Shown in pieces: positions 1 to 9,596 of a DNA stretch of 64,000 nucleotides. The stretch is from Rhynchobatus australiae (taxonomy: Eukaryota). Every line of letters starts with the position of its first letter. Positions within the stretch are counted from its first letter, which is position 1. The DNA lies in NCBI GenBank assembly GCA_034780895.1, contig JAUZTB010000063.1:31225224-31289223 (forward strand), given 5' to 3'. The translations under genes were made by a program, and so were the position numbers. The notes under the pieces are model-generated. The model was given only the letters and a program-made list of their open reading frames with translations, did no database searches and was not told the DNA's origin.

Positions 1-1440
1 CATGATCCTCAGCTGGTGACAAAGTCAGCCCCCTCATGGCATCAATGTTGTCCAGCATGCAGCAGACCACCCTGAATCTTGACATATATTTTTAAACTCC
101 AGGTAGAGGAGGCAATATCTTGGTACAATTTTGAATGCATTTCATGTGGCAATATGGTTTTCATTTTAAGCATGTTGCACAAGCGCTTTTGGATTGTACA
201 CATATTCATGGTTTGTAAATATCCTCATAGGCTGCATACTGCAGTCAACAGATAGTGCGGCTGCCTAGAAGTCACCGTTTGGTCTGCAGTGGTGACTCAG
301 CAGCGTAGTGAAGCGCCGCAGAATGATGGAACCATGACTGTTGGCAGCATAATGGCCATTGACTTGCATGGTTTGCTACTTACAGTCAAGCACAGGGGCT
401 GTAATCTCTTTTAGATCTGATAGAGAGCAGACATGTAGCGAAGTGCTTACAAAATCAAGTTTACAGGTATCCTGGACCATGGAGTTGGCTGCAATCATAA
501 TGGACCCAAATGTTTGCTTCACCTACTTGCCTCTGGCAAGGAAATATACAATATATGGTAGGATGTGAAGAAGTCTAGAGGAACACCAGGGTCTTGGACT
601 GCATCTCCACAGAATGCTGAAGGCAATGTGACAAGCAGATTAGGTGGTTAAGAAGACATAGAGGTGCATGTCTTTATCAAGCATAGAATATAAGACCTGG
701 GAGGTCAGGCTGCAACTGCTTTAATCATGAGTGGAGGGGAGATGAGGATTTATTTTCCCCAGAGGAAGACGGTGTTGGAAGTCTGCTAATTACTGCCTCA
801 GAGGGTGGTAAAGGCAGAAACCCTCATTCACATCTAAAAAAATACCTGGGCATGAACTTCAAGACCATAACTCACTGAACTATGGACCTAGTACTGGAAG
901 ATGGGATTAGAAGTGCTAGTTGTTTTGACAACATGGTTGAACAGTCTCCTTTGTAATATAATATTTTTTTAAATTCTAGGACACTAAATCCCAGTGGCCC
1001 TGACAACACCTGTTCCTCACTGAAAAGAAAGTCAGTGAAATTGTTCCTTTGCAAATACAGTGCCCTTGTGATAACTCTGGCATGTCTCCTAATTTGCTGC
1101 TCATCTGTATGTCAGAGATCTTCTGCAGCCAATTAAAAATCTATGACATGGAAGTTGAAAGTCAATTTGACCTTGAGTTTCTTGGAAAAAGCAGTCCAGG
1201 CATGCAAGCTTGGCTGATGGACTTCCTGCATTCACTATGTCATATATTTGACCAATAGCTCTGGAACACCTAAGTCTGTGAATACATTGTTCATCAGAGA
1301 TATCTTGGTAGGATGTGGTATCACAGATTAGGCTGTTCACTGGTGGGTATACATTTGTCTTCTCCCCCATCGGGCCATCCAATCGATGCCTCCAAAACTG
1401 GAATCCTTCCATAGGTCCCACAACAAAAGTACCCACTGAA
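1..1440 (-). mobile_element. PIF/Harbinger (HARBI1-like DDE) transposase fossil, interrupted by a CR1 insertion; runs off the window start
   Basis: Minus-strand translation across frameshifts and stops gives, in HARBI1 order: TSYQDISDEQCIHRLRCSRA (ORF 1101-1436), LKVKLTFNF..AAEDL..VITRALYLQRNNFTDF, then after the CR1 insert MQVNGHYAANSHGSIILR (cf. VNARYPGSSHDAFIL), *LLGS (cf. WLLGD), VVCCMLDNIDAMRG (cf. VCCMLHN). Confidence 0.75.
565..965 (+). mobile_element. CR1-type LINE 3' fragment nested in the Harbinger fossil
   Basis: Degenerate CR1 RT C-terminal DNA (gtggttaagaagacatag, agaatataagacctgggaggtc, ttttcccccagagg) and 3' UTR-like tatggacctagtactggaagatgggattag; similar to the better preserved CR1 copies at 12.4-15.2 kb and 48.2 kb. 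Confidence 0.7.
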
Positions 1441-2344
1441 TGAGTATCACAACAGCAAGATACTGGAAAACAATTTCTTGTTCTGTGAACTTTAGAAGTT
1501 GTTTGAGTAAATCATAGGTCTCCCAACGTCAACTGAAGATTCCTTTTAGCAAAAGCACAGGTACAATGTTGCCAATTGTTTGATTCAATCTGCTCTGTTG
1601 AGGTTGTACTTACTTGGAATGCGCGTCTGGCTTAGTGTGGTAAGCAATTATCGCGATAATTGAAATATTAGTTCTAAAGCTTTATCTTACCAAATTGGAC
1701 TGCAACACAAATGATTTCAGGTCATGGGATTGGAAGTTTATTTGTGTGTGANNNNNNNNNNNNNNNNNNNNNNNNNNNNNNNNNNNNNNNNNNNNNNNNN
1801 NNNNNNNNNNNNNNNNNNNNNNNNNNNNNNNNNNNNNNNNNNNNNNNNNNNNNNNNNNNNNNNNNNNNNNNNNNNNNNNNNNNNNNNNNNNNNNNNNNNN
1901 NNNNNNNNNNNNNNNNNNNNNNNNNNNNNNNNNNNNNNNNNNNNNNNNNNNNNNNNNNNNNNNNNNNNNNNNNNNNNNNNNNNNNNNNNNNNNNNNNNNN
2001 NNNNNNNNNNNNNNNNNNNNNNNNNNNNNNNNNNNNNNNNNNNNNNNNNNNNNNNNNNNNNNNNNNNNNNNNNNNNNNNNNNNNNNNNNNNNNNNNNNNN
2101 NNNNNNNNNNNNNNNNNNNNNNNNNNNNNNNNNNNNNNNNNNNNNNNNNNNNNNNNNNNNNNNNNNNNNNNNNNNNNNNNNNNNNNNNNNNAACTCCAGG
2201 GCTGCAAGGGTCAAAGAAGAGGGGGCAATTAAAACAATGCCAGGGTCAATTGATTGATGGAAGAGAGGGAGGGAGAAGCTGGCAACAATCGGATTGGTGC
2301 CAGGATGAGGGGTAGCCTCTCTCCTTCCAACTGACCTCCACATC

Positions 2345-2490
2345 ACTAATTAACCTACCAATCTGCACATCTTTGGAATGTGGGAGGAAACCGGAGCCCT
2401 CGGAGAAAACTCACAAGGAGATGTACAAACTCCACATAGACAGTGCTGAAGTTAGGATTGAATGCAACTTGCTGGAGTGGCCCCACTGTG
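2345..2490 (-). mobile_element. tRNA-derived V-SINE (HE1-like) fragment
   Basis: tctttggaatgtgggaggaaaccggag...aaactccacat is the reverse complement of the V-SINE core, followed by a reversed B-box-like aggattgaa. Confidence 0.75.
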
Positions 2491-3009
2491 CAATCAATGC
2501 CCTTTATTACGACTGCGTAACCTCTTTACTTTAGTATCCAAGTCCCCCAGCAAGAAGGACAACATTATGTTAATGTTCCTAATTAGCTGCACATAGTATG
2601 AAATAATTGGGCAGTAAATTTCTGGTTATCTGCTGATGATGTGAACATGCACAGTGGAGGAAAGCAGACAGCAAACATTTTAAATCTGAAAATAATAAAA
2701 ACCAACAAATGTCCAGTTGTGGTGCTGGACGAGTCTTTTTGCTGCCAACATAATATCAGAAAATTGCTCTCTTAATCTGTTGTCAATAATGGCTGAAAAG
2801 TTTACAAATAAGCTGCATATTCAACACAGAAGACATGCCAAGGTGCATTACAGGTGAACAGCTGTTACAAAGTAATAAAAAAGTAAAAGGAGTTCATATT
2901 TATAAATTAAAATGGTTCATAATTTGAAGGAGCTCTGAAGGAGAAACTGAAAAGGACAAGTTCCGAGACAGAGATTTATAGTTACGTCTTCATCAATTAA
3001 GAAAAGACA

Positions 3010-3322
3010 GGAAGGAATCATCCCTTTCTTGTAACCTTCTCCAGCTCTACAAACATCATATCTGCCAAACTACAGCTACAACCTCTGTCCTTTCTGCTGT
3101 ATAATCCTTGGCCTTCCATCTCCTGTGAGTATGCCTCAGCTGCTTGGACCTGAAGCTCTGGATTTCACTTGCTAGNNNNNNNNNNATATAGCACAAAATA
3201 CATCTTTTTAGGCAAGCTTTTGGTCATGTGGCCTAATGGTTCAGTGTCAAATGTTATTTGATAATGTTCCCCTAAAACACCTTGAAATATCTTACTACAA
3301 TGGAAGTGCTGTATAAAGTATA
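3010..3322 (+). mobile_element. L2-like LINE/SINE 3' end remnant
   Basis: tgtaaccttctccagctctacaa ... caagcttttggtca ... gtgtcaaat ... aagtgctgtataaa resembles decayed L2 3' tails. Confidence 0.5.
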
Positions 3323-4099
3323 TGCTAAACTAGAGGACAACTGACCGTGGCTCAGGCAAAGGCTTGAAGAAATAGGGCCCTAAAAAATTATTAGCACCAT
3401 ACTGAAATAAAATATAGCAATGTATTTGAAATAGGTTTAACCTGGAGTAGAGCAAAATGCTACACTTTTTCAAGTCCCTTTGCAACTCTTGTTTGCACAT
3501 TTGGATTTTTGTTCACACTAAAAAAATGGTTCCAGCATGAAATTTGCATCAATGATTTAAGCAATAAAACATTGCTGAATTTTTGCCTTCCAGCAAAATG
3601 TTNNNNNNNNNNNNNNNNNNNNNNNNNNNNNNNNNNNNNNNNNNNNNNNNNNNNNNNNNNNNNNNNNNNNNNNNNNNNNNNNNNNNNNNNNNNNNNNNNN
3701 NNNNNNNNNNNNNNNNNNNNNNNNNNNNNNNNNNNNNNNNNNNNNNNNNNNNNNNNNNNNNNNNNNNNNNNNNNNNNNNNNNNNNNNNNNNNNNNNNNNN
3801 NNNNNNNNNNNNNNNNNNNNNNNNNNNNNNNNNNNNNNNNNNNNNNNNNNNNNNNNNNNNNNNNNNNNNNNNNNNNNNNNNNNNNNNNNNNNNNNNNNNN
3901 NNNNNNNNNNNNNNNNNNNNNNNNNNNNNNNNNNNNNNNNNNNNNNNNNNNNNNNNNNNNNNNNNNNNNNNNNNNNNNNNNNNNNNNNNNNNNNNNNNNN
4001 NNNNNNNNNNNNNNNNNNNNNNNNNNNNGCCAGACTACATAAATAGAAAAAGGAAAACTGTGCCAAAATGATGATAAGCAGAAATGACTAATTCTGATA

Positions 4100-4310
4100 C
4101 AGACAGAAAGAACGGGTTACCAAAAGTTGGAAAATTGAATATGTAGTTCTGAAGGGTGCAATGTACCCAGATGGAAGATGAAATGTTGTTCTTCAAGCCT
4201 GTGTTGTGTTTTATTGTAACAGAGCTAGAGATCAGAGACACCAAGTCCCAAATGGGAGTGATATGGTGAATTAAAATTGCAGGGAATCAGATTGAACACA
4301 GGCGTTCTGC
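4100..4310 (-). mobile_element. Penelope-like element (PLE), GIY-YIG endonuclease C-terminus
   Basis: Minus strand 4130-4200 translates RLEEQHFIFHLGTLHPSELHIQFSNF (cf. KLEEQHLIFRLGTLQPxGLNIEFSNF). Confidence 0.7.
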
Positions 4311-4349
4311 AATGTGTTCACCCCATATATGCTTGATTTCTCCAATGTC

Positions 4350-5150
4350 GAGGATGCCAACAAGCTTCTGCTATGAGACATGTATTCCCTTCCCCCTTCA
4401 GTGTTTAAAGTGTTGGTTCCTTTACTCTTCCATCCCCATCTACCACTCCACATCTGATGACACTTGCCTGTACAACTACAGGAGATGCAACACATATACT
4501 TTGCCCTCTTTCCTTCTCATCGTCAGAGACCCAAACAATCTTTCTGGATAAGGCAGTGATTCACTTGCACTTTTTCCAATCTAGTGCACTGCATTTGGTG
4601 TTCACAATGTGGTCATGTTGGGTTCAGTCTGCAGGAATGACCCGAGCTTCTGATTTCCTGCCAGCTTAATTCACCACCCTACCCCCATTCTGATCTTTCT
4701 GCTTGTGACAATGTGGCCCATCACAAGCTTGAGAGACAAGCTTCTGTCTCAGCATGTTGCAGCCTTGCAACTTAATATCGAACCTTTAGTAATTCACTCT
4801 GAGTACACCAGAACTTGCTATTTCTGCCTGTTATCATTTTGGCTCAGCTTTTCTTATTTGTTTTGTATGGTCTGACCTACTGCACAGATCTCATAGCTCT
4901 GCTATCAGCAACATATTACATAAATGAAGAACAATCTGATCTTAATTGGTATTTCATTGCTACATTAACTCATTTGGACTCACCCTATCGGAGATATTTC
5001 TTTTCATCTACTCACCTCTCCGCCACCTTCCCTGCTACTGAAAACTAACTTGATTTTTCTCTCTCCCAGTTCTGATAAAAATCTCTGATCTGAAACGTTA
5101 ACTGTTTTTCTTTCCATGGATGCTGATGCTTCCAGCACTTTCTATTTCAT
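4350..5150 (+). mobile_element. Penelope-like element 3' part (GIY-YIG region and terminal repeat with hammerhead-like motif)
   Basis: YNYRRCNTY, then FTCTFSNLVHCIWCSQCG (GIY-YIG start), HKLERQ; terminal motif cagttctgataa..ctgaaacgttaactg at 5067-5104. Confidence 0.75.
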
Positions 5151-6339
5151 TTCTCTGGCAGTCTGCTCCACAACACCCTGCAGCCTCACTACTCACTTTA
5201 CACACTGCTCACAAATACTGTGCATTTCCTTCACCTTCTCTCTTATTTCAGGGTTCCGATGTGCCTTTGTCGACACCCACGGAGATGGATCGCAGGCACC
5301 ACAAGCACTCATGGAGACCACATGGCAGCATACACAGAAGGGCTCATTTCTCCCAACTCTATCCATCCTGGATTTACAGCTATACAGAGTGGACTTCACC
5401 AAGACATTTCTCAGACTACCCCCACTGGTTGCCCTCCATCACTGTTCCCATCTGCCCTCCCCACCTCCCTCACTTGATTCCATACTTCACCTTCCTCTCC
5501 TACCATATTCCATCATTTTCAGCCCTGTGTTGTCTCCACCTATCACCTCCCATCTTCTGTCACCTGATGTGGACAAGTCCTGTTGAAATTTTAATTGATC
5601 GGTCCATCCTCTCCGTTTGGGCACTCCATCACTGGCCTCTACCCTACTAAGTATGTCTCTAACCTTTCTGCATCCCCAGTCTAATTGCAGACCTTCCATC
5701 CCCACACCTGATGCTCAGTGTCTCAATTTCTCCTTCCTCTTATCCTAATTTCTCCAGGGCTTCTCTCCACTGTAGACACCCATGGCCCTTCACACCCAGT
5801 GATCTGACATTTACCAGTTAACCTTCTAGCTAGCTCTGCACTGAGCTTTACAAATGCAGAACAATTTCAAGACACTCATCTCCTGTCAGAATTTTCAGTC
5901 ACCATTTATGATGTCCCTCAGGTTACTAGTCTCCATTTTATTGAAACAATTTTGGACATTTTTCCATGTCATTTTGAATCTTGCCTTCACCATTCTAACA
6001 CTAAATGGGTCAAGGTTTTAATTCTGAATGATAGTTTATTTATTAGTATTCTCGTGAGACTTTCCAGCCAATCAGACAATTGGTGACCTAATCACANNNN
6101 NNNNNNNNNNNNNNNNNNNNNNNNNNNNNNNNNNNNNNNNNNNNNNNNNNNNNNNNNNNNNNNNNNNNNNNNNNNNNNNNNNNNNNNNNNNNNNNNACAA
6201 GTGGTGACCTAATCACATGCAAGCCAAAGGATCTGAAATACTATGATGGTCCAAATAACCTGTAGAAATAAAAGGCATCAAAACAAGGATTCTTATCCCT
6301 TGATTCAGTGACGCCCCATTCTATCTCCTTTAATGTCAG

Positions 6340-6930
6340 GACCATTGAACAGAAACTTGCCTGGACTGGCCTCATACCATGGTTACAAGAGCATGTTAGA
6401 AGCTGTGTATCCTGCAGTGAATGACTCACCTTCTTACATCCCAATGCCTTTCCTACATCTACAAAGCCCAAGTCAAGACCACGATGGCTCCAGCAACTCA
6501 AAGAAATTCAACACCATCCAGACAAACAGCCTACTTGATTGGTACCCCATCCACCACCTTCAACATTCATTTCCTACACCAGCGAGATAGTATGAATGCA
6601 AAGCATACCATCTACAAAATACACTACAGTTACTTGCCTAGGCTATTCTGACAGCATATCCAAACCCATGACTTCTACCATCAAGAAGGACGAGAGCAGG
6701 AGGCAAAAGTTCCTCTCCAAACTGCACTCCATCCCAATTTGTAAATATTTTACTCGTCCTAAGTTATTCCTGGGTCTAAATCCAGGTGCCCCCTACCCAA
6801 CAGTATTGCAGGAATATTTTCATCAAAAGGACCAGTGATTCACCACCAGCTTCTCAATGGACAATTATTGACCTGCTGTAATTATCAGTCTTGCCATTGT
6901 TGCCCATATCCTGAAAATGTATAAATAAAA
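6340..6930 (+). mobile_element. Non-LTR retrotransposon 3' fragment (CR1/Zenon-like RT C-terminus)
   Basis: ORFs 6421/6333 give THLLTSQCLSYIYKAQVKTTM and KKFNTIQ, AYLIGTPSTTFNIH (cf. TIYKAQVRSVMEY..KKLDTIQ); ends in aaatgtataaataaaa. Confidence 0.7.
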
Positions 6931-9117
6931 GAACATGAACCTAATTATTGAGAATATTTCATATCCAAATCTTCACACTCATGACTCACTCATATCGTTG
7001 GTGGTTATGTGGAGTGCTGAACAGTGTATTCAGCACCAACCCTTAGCTGGGTTATTTGGAGTAAATGATCAAACGAATCCCTTCTGTGGGGAAACATAAT
7101 TCCAATAAAGTTGGATTGCCATTTACAAATGTAAATGACTTTTTCATTCTTGCATTCTATTCCACGTATATAACGTCCAGCATTCTTTTGACTTTTTCAC
7201 ATTGCATTATTCTTGTCTCCTTTGAAATATATGCATTTAAACAACCTGATACTCCCATCTCTCACCAATATCTTTCCAATTCCCATTCATTTTTTTCCTT
7301 TTCCTCCTAAACTGTTTCCTCACAGTCATCCACATTAAACTGTGTGGGTTTATGTCACAACAGACATGCAACTCCCATTGAAACACTGTGAATATTCATG
7401 AGGCTAACAGCTAAGCTTCTTGTAGAAATAGCCTATGAGAGCTTGAAACTATGAGACATCATGGTTAAATGAAGCGTGAATTTTCATGATTAATGGCTGA
7501 GGGTTCACCTTTGAAGTATATTAGTGAATAATTATCTATTAACTTTTTCAAATTGCGCTTAGGTCAAGTTCAGGGGTCGAAAAAGATTCAAATCATTCCA
7601 ACCTCCAGAGAGCCCAAGACTATAAGAAAAAACTAGCTCCATTGCAAGTTAGGAAAAGCCTCCTGTTATTTGGAAATTAATCAAAGTATCCCAAAACCGA
7701 ACACATTGTACTTTGAAAGATTGCATAGTTAAATTATGGCTTCACAGATGGCTGAGAANNNNNNNNNNNNNNNNNNNNNNNNNNNNNNNNNNNNNNNNNN
7801 NNNNNNNNNNNNNNNNNNNNNNNNNNNNNNNNNNNNNNNNNNNNNNNNNNNNNNNNNNTCAATATTTTCTATCATGCTGATAGAATCCTGGAGCTTTGAA
7901 CTTCTGGCTGTCACTCGTAACTACTTGAGAAACAGGTTTCTTTGAATGTGTAAATTCCCACTTACCTCTGTTATTACATCTAAAGATCAGTGCTTGTTTG
8001 ATGTATTCTATAGGCTGCTAAATTCCAAAACAGGTCACTTTCAATTTAAAAATACAAGACCATTGAACATTTCTGATGGTGAAAATGTTTCCACCAATGG
8101 GAATGCAATTGAAGAAAATGGGAGGTGGAGAGTTTTTGAGCACACCTATCGTTATTGCTCCATTCTTTGCTTTAAGTTCAAAGCTTGCTTGGTTGATTGT
8201 AATGCTTTTGTACAGAATGTGTGTACGGGAGGCCAATACGTCCAATTCCAATTACTATATAATAGTCAGCAATTTTCCAGTTTCATGCATTCCAGTAAAT
8301 TGTTCTATTCAACATGGTTCCTGAAGGTCAGCTGGGTTCCAATAAGTTACAAACAGACCCTTTAAATTTGAAGCTTTTTTCATATTTATTGCCACATACA
8401 TAAAGTTGTAAGTTTTATTTTTGGTGCTCTATTCCCAGTGAATTGAATGAAACAGACTAAAGAAAGACAGTAACATTAACAATATCAGGGCGCACTGGGT
8501 ATCTGCTTGTACCCACTGTTCTGGCACCCAACATTTACAGACCCAGGCTGTTTTTCTCCAAGCTCCAGTTCAACAGAAAGGGAATTCTGCTTCATTCCTT
8601 CTGCATCATTATCACACTTCTTCTATTAGAAGTATCCTCTTGCATTGTTCTGAGAAAACCAACTAATAAAACTATCTAACATATTTCAAGGGGACTGACA
8701 GTTATAAAGAAAATATGCCCCTAGATTCTGCTAACGTTGGCATTTTTTGCAGAGGAAAAGTGCAGATGTATTTTTTCCTGTCCAATTTGCACCATTCTGA
8801 AAATCTGACCAGGCACATCCTATTGTGATTTGTGATCATCAGATCACTCATTTTCCATTAAGTATGTGCAGGAAAACTAGAATAAACCATTGCACAAAAT
8901 TCTCCAAATCAGATAAATTGTAGGTCAGATCTGTTATAGGTCAGTCACAACAGAACCAGGCACTCGTAGCTTTGCTTTCTGTGCAGTACGAGATTAAAGG
9001 GACACAAATTTTGCTCAGACTTCTGTAGTCTGCTGCACAACACTCCAGTTTCTGAAGCCTGACCATTTTGAGTTTGGGTGTGGTCCTCTGCTATTTGCAC
9101 CCTTGAAATTTCTTATC

Positions 9118-9440
9118 CATGGGTGCTCCTTTGGCAGTCCCAAATGAGCTGGAGCAGGCAAGCATTGGAAGCACATTGACATGCCTAGAGTCCTAGAATA
9201 TGGAGGCCTGGAAGGGCCACATCCACAGACCCTCAACCTCAATGTACCCACTTTGGTCCTTCAAGAAATTGAGATAGGAATGTGCCCCAAGCCCAAGTCT
9301 TTCAAGGTCTGTTGCAAACTTTTGCAGAGTTCCAATCACTCAAACCTGTCTGGACTGCTGTGCCCATAAAGGTGACGGACACTGCAAGTCCTCAACCTCC
9401 TAACCTCCAGCTCACTGCAACACTGGGGAGGCCTGCTAAA
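9118..9440 (+). mobile_element. PIF/Harbinger transposase N-terminal fossil
   Basis: Starts MGAPLAVP; later VCCKLLQ, WTAVPIKVT and VLNLLTSSSLQ (cf. LCHLLQ..TALPVAVKVTxALNFxASGSFQ); parallels the copies at 1-1440 and 40740-41620. Confidence 0.5.
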
Positions 9441-9479
9441 GAAAAACTTTAACATTATTTTGCTTTATGTTCAGCAGGA

Positions 9480-9596
9480 TAATGAGGTACCAGAGGAAAT
9501 GGCTGAGGCAGGTACAATAGCATCATTTAAGAAGAACTTGAACAGGTACTTGGAGGGGTGGGGCTTGGAGGGATATGGGCCGAACACAGGAAATTG
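9480..9596 (+). mobile_element. CR1/HER1-type LINE 3' end running into an N gap
   Basis: NEVPEEMAEAGTIASFKKNLNRYL followed by gagggatatgggccgaacacagg. Confidence 0.75.

Noticed and set aside
241-350. Nested hairpin (gtcaacag/ctgttggc, tgcggc/gccgca, agtcacc/ggtgact) and a consensus ARE-like GTGACTCAGCA at 292-302
   Set aside because: Lies inside the Harbinger transposase coding relic; short stems and a single 11-mer are expected by chance.
1691-1699. Possible 9-nt minus-strand microexon (ttgcag|TCCAATTTG|gtaag)
   Set aside because: Weak polypyrimidine tract and no host gene context.
5116-5650. Overlapping 156-aa and 176-aa ORFs with an acceptor-like cttatttcag
   Set aside because: Pyrimidine-rich, low-complexity sequence explains the lack of stops; no recognisable domain.
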